Shown here in pieces: positions 25,968-34,497 of a stretch of 49,493 nt of DNA (within the stretch, counting starts at the first letter, position 1; each line of letters starts with the position of its first letter). A program made the position numbers and the translations under genes. The notes below the pieces were generated by a model. That model saw only the letters and a list, made by a program, of their open reading frames with translations. It did not search any database and was not told where the DNA came from. The stretch is from a virus. The DNA lies in UHGV virus genome UHGV-1368795; one strand, given 5' to 3'.

Positions 25968-26163
25968 TTGGTTACCTCTTGTGTGAACGGGCGCAATTTG
26001 CAGCGAGTACATATGTTTCTGGGAAAATTCCGTCTTCTTTCATCACCTGGCGCATTAATCTGCGTTTTTTACGTTTGTCCATTTCCGGATATGTCACCCA
26101 ATGCATTGTAATTCTTTTCTTTAATTTCATTTGTTTAATCTCTGTTGTTGTTCCGACGACTTA

Positions 26164-26192
26164 AAGATAACCCACCTTGACGAATCCGTCAA
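26164..26192 (-). promoter_or_regulatory. minus-strand promoter using palindrome TTGACGAATCCGTCAA
   Basis: The palindrome reads TTGACG on both strands. The minus-strand -10 TATCTT lies 17 nt downstream. It sits just after the dpdA terminator. Confidence 0.45.
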
Positions 26193-26200
26193 CACTAATT

Positions 26201-26229
26201 ACAAAAAAAAAAGCCCCATTTAGGGGCTG
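26201..26229 (-). terminator. rho-independent terminator after dpdA
   Basis: The minus-strand reading is AGCCCC-TAAAT-GGGGCT followed by T10. The hairpin overlaps the dpdA stop codon. Confidence 0.7.
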
Positions 26230-26981
26230 AAAATTTTGTTCATCAACCAGTCGTGAATTGAAGGTGGTTTGACTTTCTCAATGCAAGCTTTGAGGCAAGC
26301 TGTACGTGCTAACTTATCAGTTATCTCAGGAAACCGAACCTTAGTCTTTGGTACATTTGTTGCCACATTTGTGCTGTCTGCACTGTCGAATGGGTACATA
26401 CTCAGAACTCTCCCATCCAGCATCCGCAACCCGTGTAATTTAACTTCCACATAATTTTGAATGAGTAGAAAATCAAAAACCTCGTCCATTCTTTCTTTCC
26501 ACGCTTTGGAACGTATTGACCCGTGTGGTCCGCAACAGCCGATTGCAACTCTGTCGAATTTTTTACAAAGTGTCAGTAAACGTTCGAGACTTTCAACAGA
26601 ATGCCACACTGGTACAGCCTTATCCATTAACCACGATGGTACCTGTTCGATGAGACGGTCGTTTTCCTCTTCTGTCCCTTCAATGACATCCGGAATAATG
26701 AACCACTCTATCCGACTATACCACTGTCCCACCACGTCGTAATATTTTTTCCATTCCGCATCCCAACACACCACCTTTCCTGTTGATTTGGCTTTTTTCC
26801 ATTTACTGAACGCTCCATTGTCCAGAACGAGTTTGCATGGGATATTTACTATCTTTTTCAATTGGTCCATTCGTGCGAATGAGACGAGTGCTCCACTATC
26901 CCTGTAAAGTGCTTTTATTAACCAGTCAGTGGGACAGTCCTTGTCCCCCCATATTGGCCCACCGTGATAATGTACGGTCAC
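26220..26981 (-). CDS. dpdA: DpdA-like 7-deazaguanine DNA transglycosylase (TGT family)
   Basis: 253 aa. LDNGAFS parallels the TGT substrate motif DSGGFQ, and FDSADST parallels the TGT catalytic-Asp region. Translationally coupled to the YhhQ-like transporter gene. Confidence 0.6.
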   Translation of the reverse strand: MTVHYHGGPIWGDKDCPTDWLIKALYRDSGALVSFARMDQLKKIVNIPCKLVLDNGAFSKWKKAKSTGKVVCWDAEWKKYYDVVGQWYSRIEWFIIPDVIEGTEEENDRLIEQVPSWLMDKAVPVWHSVESLERLLTLCKKFDRVAIGCCGPHGSIRSKAWKERMDEVFDFLLIQNYVEVKLHGLRMLDGRVLSMYPFDSADSTNVATNVPKTKVRFPEITDKLARTACLKACIEKVKPPSIHDWLMNKIFSP

Positions 26982-27445
26982 TTAATCCCCCTCAGCATCC
27001 ATGACCACACCGCACCACCGAAAACTTTAGCCATAAATTGACCCAGGATTACCCAGGGCATGAACACACCGAAAGCAATGAGCGGAAACACAATTGAGTC
27101 CACCAAACTGGAAGCCACATTGCTTACATTCGATTTTACTAACCAAGGCTTACGAATTAAACACTGGTATACTCCAGCATCCGTCACAGCTGCCAGTGAA
27201 AATGCGGCAACGGATGCGACAGCAATCATATCTGTCGCCGGATTGATCATAAAGCTAATCGCGCCCGCAACAGTGATGAGGAACATCATTTTCCAGATGC
27301 CAACTCTTTCATGTAGCTTGTCACGTATTACAAAATCCAGTCCAATAAAGAGAAAGGCGTTTACGGGTGTAACCACCGGTCCAAACGTGTGTACTGAAAA
27401 GTTTGCGGCACAAATTGCCACAATATACACGATTGATAAAATCAT
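26978..27445 (-). CDS. YhhQ/VUT-family queuosine-precursor (preQ0/preQ1) transporter-like membrane protein
   Basis: 155 aa and multi-pass hydrophobic. VASSLVDSIVFPLIAF and LIRKPWLVKSNVS parallel E. coli YhhQ VSDTLAFFFIAF and LRQSRRWWLAPTAS. Confidence 0.55.
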   Translation of the reverse strand: MILSIVYIVAICAANFSVHTFGPVVTPVNAFLFIGLDFVIRDKLHERVGIWKMMFLITVAGAISFMINPATDMIAVASVAAFSLAAVTDAGVYQCLIRKPWLVKSNVSNVASSLVDSIVFPLIAFGVFMPWVILGQFMAKVFGGAVWSWMLRGIK

Positions 27446-27448
27446 ATC

Positions 27449-29719
27449 TCACCCCGTTGTTGTCATTACTAACGCACTTGTATCACCCTGTGCCGCCGCG
27501 TAATGGCGCGCCACGTCTGCCGCATTTGTGAGGTTAGCGTGAATGTGTCCAATCTTGATGTACAGACGCGGCTTACCGCCATCAATCATTATCACGTTAT
27601 TCACACGCCCATCCTTGAGCGCCGGGTGCCAGTCGTAACCCAGTTGGCGCATCATGTCACGACGTTTACCCACCGGCACAGTGCGGTCGGCGCGCATCTG
27701 GCGTAACAGGTTGTCCAGTGCCTTACTGCTCACCCAACCACCCGCGAAGCCCTGACGACCCTCGTCAATTGCTTCCATAATTTCCTGCTCAACACTGCCG
27801 AGTGATGCGGTCACAGCCTCGTGGGTGCTACTGGTCTCTGGTGCTCGCTGGCAATGTGTCGCCGGGTTAAATTGTGCGGGAATGGCGTAGTTCTCCAGAT
27901 AATGCGTCACGGCTGCAAATCCGCCACCACGTTTGAGCCAGTCGTACAGGTTGGGGAAGTAATCGCCACCCATACCATCGCGCACGATGTCAATATGCTC
28001 CTGCTGCGCCGTGTAGAAAATAGCGAAACGGCGGTCATTAGCGGTCTTGCGTACTGCGTTCTTGTGGTTACTGTTAAACATAAAGTTAGCACACAGACGG
28101 TGCATCACCTGGTCCTGTTGCATCGCACGTTTAGCGAGGTACTCACCGGTAATCATCGGCTTTAGTGTTTCAATCAGTTCAAGTTTCTGCTCAGGAACAT
28201 AAATATCTTCCACGCCGATGAATATTTTATCGAACAGCCACGCGTTGAACTTCTCACCAATTTCCTGTGCTGGCGGCATGTGGCTGTAACGTGAACCGAC
28301 CGCTTCCATTACGCACAGTGTAAATAGTGTTTTACCGTTACCCTCGACGCCCTGCAACAATGGCGCCCATTTGAATTTAGTCCCCTTGTACTGCACACAC
28401 GCTGCCATGTATGACAACAGGATATCACGGTCACGCTCGACGGGTAACAGTTTGGCCAGATGAGTGAGGAAAGGTGTCACATCGCCCGGGACGCTCGCCA
28501 CCGTCACCGGTACGTATGCGTTGACATGGCGCAGACCATCCTCTTCAATAATGGCACCCTGTGACAGGTCCGGACGGAACGTCGAGCGGTCAACCTTCGG
28601 GAACATAATGCACTGGTTCTCGGTAAACGCTTCAAAAGCCTTTTTGGTGGTCTTCTCGTTACCGTCATCCAGCGCAAACACATACCCACCGTACATTGCA
28701 TTAAACTGCTCGGACTTCAGCATCTGACCGTTAGGCGTGAGAATCCGGTGACTGTCCGCCACATACACGCAGCCTTTGAAGTGGTCAACAAGCTGTGAGC
28801 CACCGATGAACTGATAGCCACTGCGGATAACCGGTGCGCCCGTCTCAACAACCTGAGCGGGAGTCACCAGTTCAATCGGTGCGCCGACACTGTAATAGGT
28901 TGTAAGAAGTCCGGCGGCGTTGAGGATAGTGCGCTCCAGATACGACTTATTGGTGAACCACTTATCTCTTTTAAGACCACTCTGTAGCATCAGCGATTTA
29001 GTTCTTTCGCAGTTCCCACCTGTCCACCATAAAAGCCGGGTGGCGAGAGATGAATCGAGAGATGAACGGTCGTCGTCTTCCGATACCACGCCATTCCACA
29101 GGTCTTTAAAAGTGGCCTTACCACCAAAAACAACAGAAACCCCCTCCTTAGCTGCACACGCTTTTTCGATGAGTTTCGCATCATCCTCAATCGGGTTACT
29201 ACCCACCTGTGGCGAGTCTGTCCATTTCACCGACACCGTGGATTCTTCTTTCGGAAAATAGCGTGCAATTACTGTATTTAGTGCCCCCGTGGCATCATGC
29301 TCCCATGACCCTTGTGCGCTTGAGCCAGTCAAAGCAACAAATCTTTCGGTGTGGTATAACTCAATACCGAGCGGTATGTTTTTACAAGTGTGTTCGGGGA
29401 TGGAAGAATATCGTCCGATGATATGTAATGCTGTTCCACTCTGTGAAATTTCAACATAGCACCCGGCGAAAATCTGACACAATTCCACAGCCAACGGAGA
29501 CCACGCTCCATCAACCAGACAATGGTCGATATCGATGAAGAAATATGGGTCTGTATCGGTGAACACGAATCCAACTCCGTCGGCACCCCGTGCGAGTGCG
29601 TCGCCATACGTCAGCCAGTCATTTGGGTTGGTTGTGGAACCGTGGGGGCGCTTCGTTGTTTTGTCACCCGCTTTAATGAGTGAGTAAGGAATGTACTGTT
29701 TTCTCTCTGTAATCATCAT
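27449..29719 (-). CDS. bifunctional primase-polymerase (PrimPol) / SF3 helicase (D5/P4-type)
   Basis: 756 aa. The N-terminus is PrimPol-like (DGVGFVFTDTDPYFFIDIDH). The C-terminal half carries a Walker A GVEGNGKTLF typical of P4/D5 helicases. Confidence 0.7.
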   Translation of the reverse strand: MMITERKQYIPYSLIKAGDKTTKRPHGSTTNPNDWLTYGDALARGADGVGFVFTDTDPYFFIDIDHCLVDGAWSPLAVELCQIFAGCYVEISQSGTALHIIGRYSSIPEHTCKNIPLGIELYHTERFVALTGSSAQGSWEHDATGALNTVIARYFPKEESTVSVKWTDSPQVGSNPIEDDAKLIEKACAAKEGVSVVFGGKATFKDLWNGVVSEDDDRSSLDSSLATRLLWWTGGNCERTKSLMLQSGLKRDKWFTNKSYLERTILNAAGLLTTYYSVGAPIELVTPAQVVETGAPVIRSGYQFIGGSQLVDHFKGCVYVADSHRILTPNGQMLKSEQFNAMYGGYVFALDDGNEKTTKKAFEAFTENQCIMFPKVDRSTFRPDLSQGAIIEEDGLRHVNAYVPVTVASVPGDVTPFLTHLAKLLPVERDRDILLSYMAACVQYKGTKFKWAPLLQGVEGNGKTLFTLCVMEAVGSRYSHMPPAQEIGEKFNAWLFDKIFIGVEDIYVPEQKLELIETLKPMITGEYLAKRAMQQDQVMHRLCANFMFNSNHKNAVRKTANDRRFAIFYTAQQEHIDIVRDGMGGDYFPNLYDWLKRGGGFAAVTHYLENYAIPAQFNPATHCQRAPETSSTHEAVTASLGSVEQEIMEAIDEGRQGFAGGWVSSKALDNLLRQMRADRTVPVGKRRDMMRQLGYDWHPALKDGRVNNVIMIDGGKPRLYIKIGHIHANLTNAADVARHYAAAQGDTSALVMTTTG

Positions 29720-29800
29720 TTCAGTAGCCTTGTCTTATTTTGGGGTAAGCAAACCTTGCCCCTCTGGGAGAGGGGATTGTACTTGTTTATTTACCCGTTA

Positions 29801-30079
29801 TTAAAGCAGGGTGATCAATGCCGCTTGACGTAGCTCCAGTGGCGCGGATTTGGCAACGCTATCACCCAGCGCCATCCCCTGTCCAATCAATTCGAGGTTT
29901 TCTTCTTCTACTGCCCGTTGCATCACTGCTTCACGAAGTGCGGACATCTTAACCCAGTGATGGTTAACTGACCCCATCGCCACGCCAGCTTCGGCTGCAA
30001 CACCATCGCGGGTAAGAGTACCAAAGCCGTCGCGCTGTGCCATCGTGTAAGCTACTTCCAGAATATGTTCTTTGCTCAT
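29801..30079 (-). CDS. TetR-like HTH mini-repressor
   Basis: LEVAYTMAQRDGFGTLTRDGVAAEAGVAMGSVNHHW matches the TetR N-terminal HTH. Only about 92 aa. The palindrome GTTGACGGAGTGGTCAAC overlaps its promoter. Confidence 0.5.
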   Translation of the reverse strand: MSKEHILEVAYTMAQRDGFGTLTRDGVAAEAGVAMGSVNHHWVKMSALREAVMQRAVEEENLELIGQGMALGDSVAKSAPLELRQAALITLL

Positions 30080-30120
30080 AATTTCGGTTCCATTAGGTAA
30101 TTTGTTGCAGTATGGCACAG

Positions 30121-30138
30121 GTTGACGGAGTGGTCAAC
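30121..30138. promoter_or_regulatory. 18-bp perfect palindrome GTTGAC-N6-GTCAAC overlapping -35 of TetR-like gene promoter
   Basis: Minus-strand TTGACC -35, 16-17-nt spacer, CATACT -10. Candidate autoregulatory operator. Confidence 0.5.
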
Positions 30139-30273
30139 TGGTTCGCCGTTAGCTAAACGTCACTTTACATCCGCATTTCGGACATGCAACTTCTTTAACC
30201 CGTAAACGTTTCGTCTTTGTTTTCGGCGCGGTGTTTCGGTCATACTGGTTAAGACATCTGTAACAAATTACAA

Positions 30274-30747
30274 TCACAACTCCCCCTCACCATTCCAGAA
30301 TTTAAAATCACCACCCAGCCCAATGACAAGCGTCCCAAATGCAAGCTGTGCCTCTTCGTGTTCAGTACCTTTATACTTCCACCCGGCTTTCTTTACCTCA
30401 CGCGCTACAAACTGTCCAATGGTTGACCCAACCATATCAGGCGTGATAACCACGGGGCGGATACCGATGAGGTCGCTTGATTTGATGCGTTTGTTCATCG
30501 CCGGGGAGTCGTTTGCGATACCGTAACGTACAACTCGACCATTTTCGTCTTTTAACGCACCGCAATTGTTTCTGAAAAGTCGCCAGCCCATCTTGCTTGC
30601 CAACAGTCGCGCCTCATCCTGTACGCGCGCTTCGGGCGTATCTTTGGTCGAGCGTGGGACATCCAGTCCCACCATTGTCACAAGGTCAGCCAGCGCCTCA
30701 GCTGTGATACCGTGCTTACGTTGCCATTCGAGTAGTGTTGGTGTCAT
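30274..30747 (-). CDS. VRR-NUC domain nuclease
   Basis: 157 aa. The GIRPVVITPDMVG...AREVKK pattern is a PD-(D/E)XK VRR-NUC fold. Confidence 0.55.
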   Translation of the reverse strand: MTPTLLEWQRKHGITAEALADLVTMVGLDVPRSTKDTPEARVQDEARLLASKMGWRLFRNNCGALKDENGRVVRYGIANDSPAMNKRIKSSDLIGIRPVVITPDMVGSTIGQFVAREVKKAGWKYKGTEHEEAQLAFGTLVIGLGGDFKFWNGEGEL

Positions 30748-30977
30748 TGTGTAATCTCATATAGGGGAGTGATATTTTCCACCCCATCTTTAGCGGCGGC
30801 TTGTGCGGTGTTGTAATACGCACCGTTATCACCGTAATATGCAACTGGTTCACCAATCGCTCTACGAGAATCGCGCCACGCAAGCCAGGTGTAAGTTTTC
30901 AGTTCTTCTTTTTCCTGCTCTGAATACATTGCGTTGTCAAAAACATTTTTAAACCACATCTCGAACTGTTCACTCAT
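30744..30977 (-). CDS. hypothetical small protein
   Basis: 77 aa, ATGA coupled. Confidence 0.4.
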   Translation of the reverse strand: MSEQFEMWFKNVFDNAMYSEQEKEELKTYTWLAWRDSRRAIGEPVAYYGDNGAYYNTAQAAAKDGVENITPLYEITQ

Positions 30978-32710
30978 AACCCAATCCTCTCTCGTAATTT
31001 ATCCGCATCAGCCGCTTTGAGCGCCTGCGCCTCCAGCCATGACACGCCGTATGTCAGGTAAAACTTGCGAAATATTTCACTGTCGCTCAGACCTTCCGCA
31101 CGGCGATACCCGGCCCACTGAGCAAGAGTATGGTCTAACCTGACGAGCGCGTCAAGACGGTTCTCATGTAATTTAACGTTTCTCTTCACAGCATGAGGTG
31201 GTAAACCGTGACCAATCATTTTATCCCGGTACTGGTTGACGTCCTCACGTGCGCCAATAACTTCACCCTGTAACCGTGCCAGTACAGCGGGGTCAAGCTC
31301 GTGTAAATCACCATCTACCCATTCTACATTGCTGCGCTGTCCCGCTGCCTGTTCCGGTATTGGTTCACCACAGTAGGGACACGCTTTCAGATAACGCTCG
31401 TATGTACCGGAACAGGCAGCACACGCGCGCACCGCTGACTTCTCACTTTTGCCCCCGGACTTCTCGCGGCGGTCAAGCGTCCATTCCCGGTGACACAGTT
31501 CAATTTTTGTTCCTTCCGGGTGGTCAACAAGCACCGCATGACGTTCGATGTTACCCACATGGTCAACGTAACGCCCAAAATCTTTACCTTCCTTCAGGCG
31601 TAACATACGTCCCGCACGCTGCACAAACCGCCCGAATGATTCCGTGGCTGACACATCCTGTACCGCCTCAATTGCGGGACAGTCAAAACCTTCATCGAAA
31701 ATGGCCACCGATGTCAGTACGAGATATTCACGATTTTTAAATTTACGCACGGCATTGATACGTTCGGCGTCAGGCATTGCACCGTGTACACACTTCGCCG
31801 GTATTCCGGCGTCGTTATACTGTTTTTCCAGCTCCGTAGCGGTCGCCACATCGGGCGCAAATACGACCGTCAGCATACCGTTAAGCAGTTTCTGGTACGT
31901 GCGAACCACATCGCCCACAATTTGTTTTTCATCATGTGCGACAAGACTAGACTCGTTGACCGCTTTACTTACCTCTGACGCCACAAAGTCGCCGGTCGTC
32001 TGACTAACTTTTTTAATAGCATCACGCCGGAAAGAACTGGGTGGCGCGTAAAGTTTATAGTCAGTCAGATAGCCCATATTAATCAGGTCACGCATGGACG
32101 GACCGACAAACATCTTGTCAAATACACCATCAGCATGTGACCCCAGTCCATGACCATCGGCCCGTGACGGGGTAGCTGTAACCCCCATACCTCGGGCATT
32201 GGGGAACATGTTTACCGCTTTACCCCATTTATTTTCCTGAAGTACATGGTGTGCTTCATCCATGACCCACAATTTTACAGTGGGTAGCCAGCTTTCCAGT
32301 TTGTCTCCACGTCGTACCAACGTGTCCACTCCCGCCACAGCGTGACGGCTGTTCGGGTCGTAATAACTATGGCCCACTTCTTCCATGTGAAGTCGTACAA
32401 TCATTTTGACGACATTCGTTGGGCCGATAATCCGATGTCGCACTTTATTACGCGCCAGCGCAAGACTAATCTGGCTCACCAGTTCCTGACGATGTGCGAC
32501 AGCACACGTCGCCCCCGCATGTTCAGCAATGATGGATGAGAAGAACACGGTTTTACCTGCACCAGTTGGAAGCACCGCCAGTACGTTACTGTATTGATGG
32601 TCATTCCAGTGGTTATAAATCTGATTCTTTAATTCCTGCTGATATGGTCGTAACTTTGGACGCGTTGCATCACTGACCGCACCGGCAATGGGTGAGAGTG
32701 TTGGTGTCAT
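30974..32710 (-). CDS. SF2 DEAH-box DNA helicase
   Basis: Motif I is LPTGAGKT and motif II is VMDEAHH. The C-terminal Zn-ribbon-like CAACSGTYERYLKACPYCG is present. Confidence 0.7.
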   Translation of the reverse strand: MTPTLSPIAGAVSDATRPKLRPYQQELKNQIYNHWNDHQYSNVLAVLPTGAGKTVFFSSIIAEHAGATCAVAHRQELVSQISLALARNKVRHRIIGPTNVVKMIVRLHMEEVGHSYYDPNSRHAVAGVDTLVRRGDKLESWLPTVKLWVMDEAHHVLQENKWGKAVNMFPNARGMGVTATPSRADGHGLGSHADGVFDKMFVGPSMRDLINMGYLTDYKLYAPPSSFRRDAIKKVSQTTGDFVASEVSKAVNESSLVAHDEKQIVGDVVRTYQKLLNGMLTVVFAPDVATATELEKQYNDAGIPAKCVHGAMPDAERINAVRKFKNREYLVLTSVAIFDEGFDCPAIEAVQDVSATESFGRFVQRAGRMLRLKEGKDFGRYVDHVGNIERHAVLVDHPEGTKIELCHREWTLDRREKSGGKSEKSAVRACAACSGTYERYLKACPYCGEPIPEQAAGQRSNVEWVDGDLHELDPAVLARLQGEVIGAREDVNQYRDKMIGHGLPPHAVKRNVKLHENRLDALVRLDHTLAQWAGYRRAEGLSDSEIFRKFYLTYGVSWLEAQALKAADADKLRERIGL

Positions 32711-32931
32711 ATTAAAGGCTCCGCATCCGGGTTGCGCAGATGATAAGCGGCGAGCAACTGATACTCAGAGTAATAGACGCCATTACGCGTTACACCTGCG
32801 CAGTTATCAAAAAATCCTTCACCCATGACAATTACAAATTCCCATTCGGGCATTGCACATAGTTTTTCAATGTTGTGGTCGTTGACCGCTCTCTGAATGT
32901 AATCACCCAATGTACTCATCACATCTCCCAC
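32707..32931 (-). CDS. hypothetical small protein
   Basis: 74 aa, ATGA coupled to the helicase gene. Confidence 0.4.
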   Translation of the reverse strand: MGDVMSTLGDYIQRAVNDHNIEKLCAMPEWEFVIVMGEGFFDNCAGVTRNGVYYSEYQLLAAYHLRNPDAEPLI

Positions 32932-33078
32932 ACTTTGCGCACGCTGTTCGACTCAACCATACGTGCTTTTCTGATTAGTTTACGTGCCACATACATCGGT
33001 ATCTGCACATCGTCGAGGAACCATTTGTCCTTCTTACTGACCGAGTTGTACCAGCCGTAAGAAGGTCGGAGCAGTTGT

Positions 33079-33252
33079 TTAATTTGTGTCATTTTTACTC
33101 ATCTCCCATGCTGCGGAAAATGCTGACCAAGCCAGTCTGACTCCTAATCTCATGTACTCGCCGTTCCATGACTTATCAAATACGTAATCTGATTTACAGT
33201 CTTCGGTTTTACCCCAGACTTCCATATACCACTTCTCAAATTCTTCTCTCAT
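33079..33252 (-). CDS. hypothetical small protein (first gene of leftward early operon)
   Basis: Start MREEFEKWY with a GAGAGG RBS, downstream of TTGACA-N17-CATAAT. The track ORF extends to a GTG at 33300, which is less likely. Confidence 0.4.
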   Translation of the reverse strand: MREEFEKWYMEVWGKTEDCKSDYVFDKSWNGEYMRLGVRLAWSAFSAAWEMSKNDTN

Positions 33253-33285
33253 TGTTGCATCCTCTCGGTCATTGACGCTCCCGTC

Positions 33286-33314
33286 ATTATGTCGCACCAC
33301 CCTCCCCGTGTCAA
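33286..33314 (-). promoter_or_regulatory. leftward early promoter TTGACA-N17-CATAAT with downstream operator palindrome
   Basis: Near-consensus sigma70 elements on the minus strand. The TTGACGCTCCCGTCA palindrome (33272-33286) lies just downstream of the -10. Confidence 0.6.
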
Positions 33315-33328
33315 ATTTAAAATTAGTG

Positions 33329-33357
33329 TTGACGAGTGCGTCATGGTGGTATAGAGT
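33329..33357 (+). promoter_or_regulatory. rightward early promoter TTGACGAGTGCGTCAT-N-TAGAGT
   Basis: Palindromic -35 element and a -10 TAGAGT at 17-nt spacing. Divergent from the leftward promoter. Confidence 0.55.
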
Positions 33358-33389
33358 TCACATCACTGACAACAACGGAGAACAGAGAG

Positions 33390-34280
33390 ATGAGTAATAT
33401 CACCTTAACCATCCCGAACGACGACAGCGTGGCATTGTATCACTTTGGTAAGTCATTGATTAGTATGTCCGCAACCATCGACGGTGCGCCGGACTGGGTA
33501 GTTATTGCGGCTCAGGAATACGACCGATTGAAACAACTGGAAGAATTATCACAGGCTCAGCACATTAAAGTAAATATCGACTCATCTGATATCGAGCAAC
33601 TGAGCGAAGCTCTGAAAAAGGTCGAACCGACTGGATTGATTCATACAGACGTGGTTATCGACACGACCGCTCAACAGGTTGAGTCGCTGGCTGTACCAAT
33701 GGGTGACAATGAAGAGCAAGCACCACCCACCACCGACTCAACCGGTACACCGTGGGACGAGCGTATCCACTCTGCCAGCAAAGCGCTCAATGCGGACGGT
33801 ACGTGGCGTCTGCGTCGTAAGCCGAAGGATATGGATGAGGCGGAGTGGTCCGACTACGTGAGCATGATTAAAGCCGACCTGCAATATCCGGTTGAATGCG
33901 GTGGCGAGGGAGAAGAAATTAGCGAACCGACACGAGAAGAAGTCGATGAACTCATCGAAGCCTCCAACAAGATGTTGGAACCACCTGTAACACCGCCGGG
34001 TGACGACTTCCACACGGACGCAGACGTGGTAACCGAGCAAACTGTTGCCGGTATTCCGCCAATTCCTGTACCGCCGCCAGTAGTTGTTGCACCGTCTGTA
34101 ACCGAGTGGGACTTCCCGCGCCTCATGACCTTCCTGACCGAGCGTCACGGTAAGATTGATGTGACAACTGTGAACACGCTGCTGGCGCAGGATGGTATGT
34201 CGTCGGTGCAGGAACTGAACGCCCACCCGGATAAAATCGGTCCGTTCGTGGCACGTGTTAAAGCGCATTTGGGGGAGTGA
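33390..34280 (+). CDS. acidic hypothetical protein sharing GTPWDERIH motif with DNA polymerase C-terminus
   Basis: 297 aa, highly acidic, Pro-rich C-terminal half. The motif STGTPWDERIHSASKA is repeated in the polymerase tail. Confidence 0.5.
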   Translation: MSNITLTIPNDDSVALYHFGKSLISMSATIDGAPDWVVIAAQEYDRLKQLEELSQAQHIKVNIDSSDIEQLSEALKKVEPTGLIHTDVVIDTTAQQVESLAVPMGDNEEQAPPTTDSTGTPWDERIHSASKALNADGTWRLRRKPKDMDEAEWSDYVSMIKADLQYPVECGGEGEEISEPTREEVDELIEASNKMLEPPVTPPGDDFHTDADVVTEQTVAGIPPIPVPPPVVVAPSVTEWDFPRLMTFLTERHGKIDVTTVNTLLAQDGMSSVQELNAHPDKIGPFVARVKAHLGE

Positions 34281-34284
34281 GACG

Positions 34285-34497
34285 ATGGATACAGACTACG
34301 GTTTTAAAGTTTGTCCCTTTTGCGGTCAAAATGACTTTGAAATTGAAACAGATACTGTTCATCCCGACAATATACACATGGCATGGGTTACTTGTCAAAA
34401 TGGTGAATGTTCGGCGAAAGGTCCAGATGCTTTTTGGTTTGATGACCTGAAAGAAGCTAAGGACGAGGCAGTAATTTTATGGAACAGGCGCAAATGA
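34285..34497 (+). CDS. Lar-like restriction alleviation protein (Zn-ribbon)
   Basis: 70 aa. CPFCG...C..GEC plus the C-terminal ILWNRRK matches the Lar_restr_allev signature WNRR. Confidence 0.55.
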   Translation: MDTDYGFKVCPFCGQNDFEIETDTVHPDNIHMAWVTCQNGECSAKGPDAFWFDDLKEAKDEAVILWNRRK

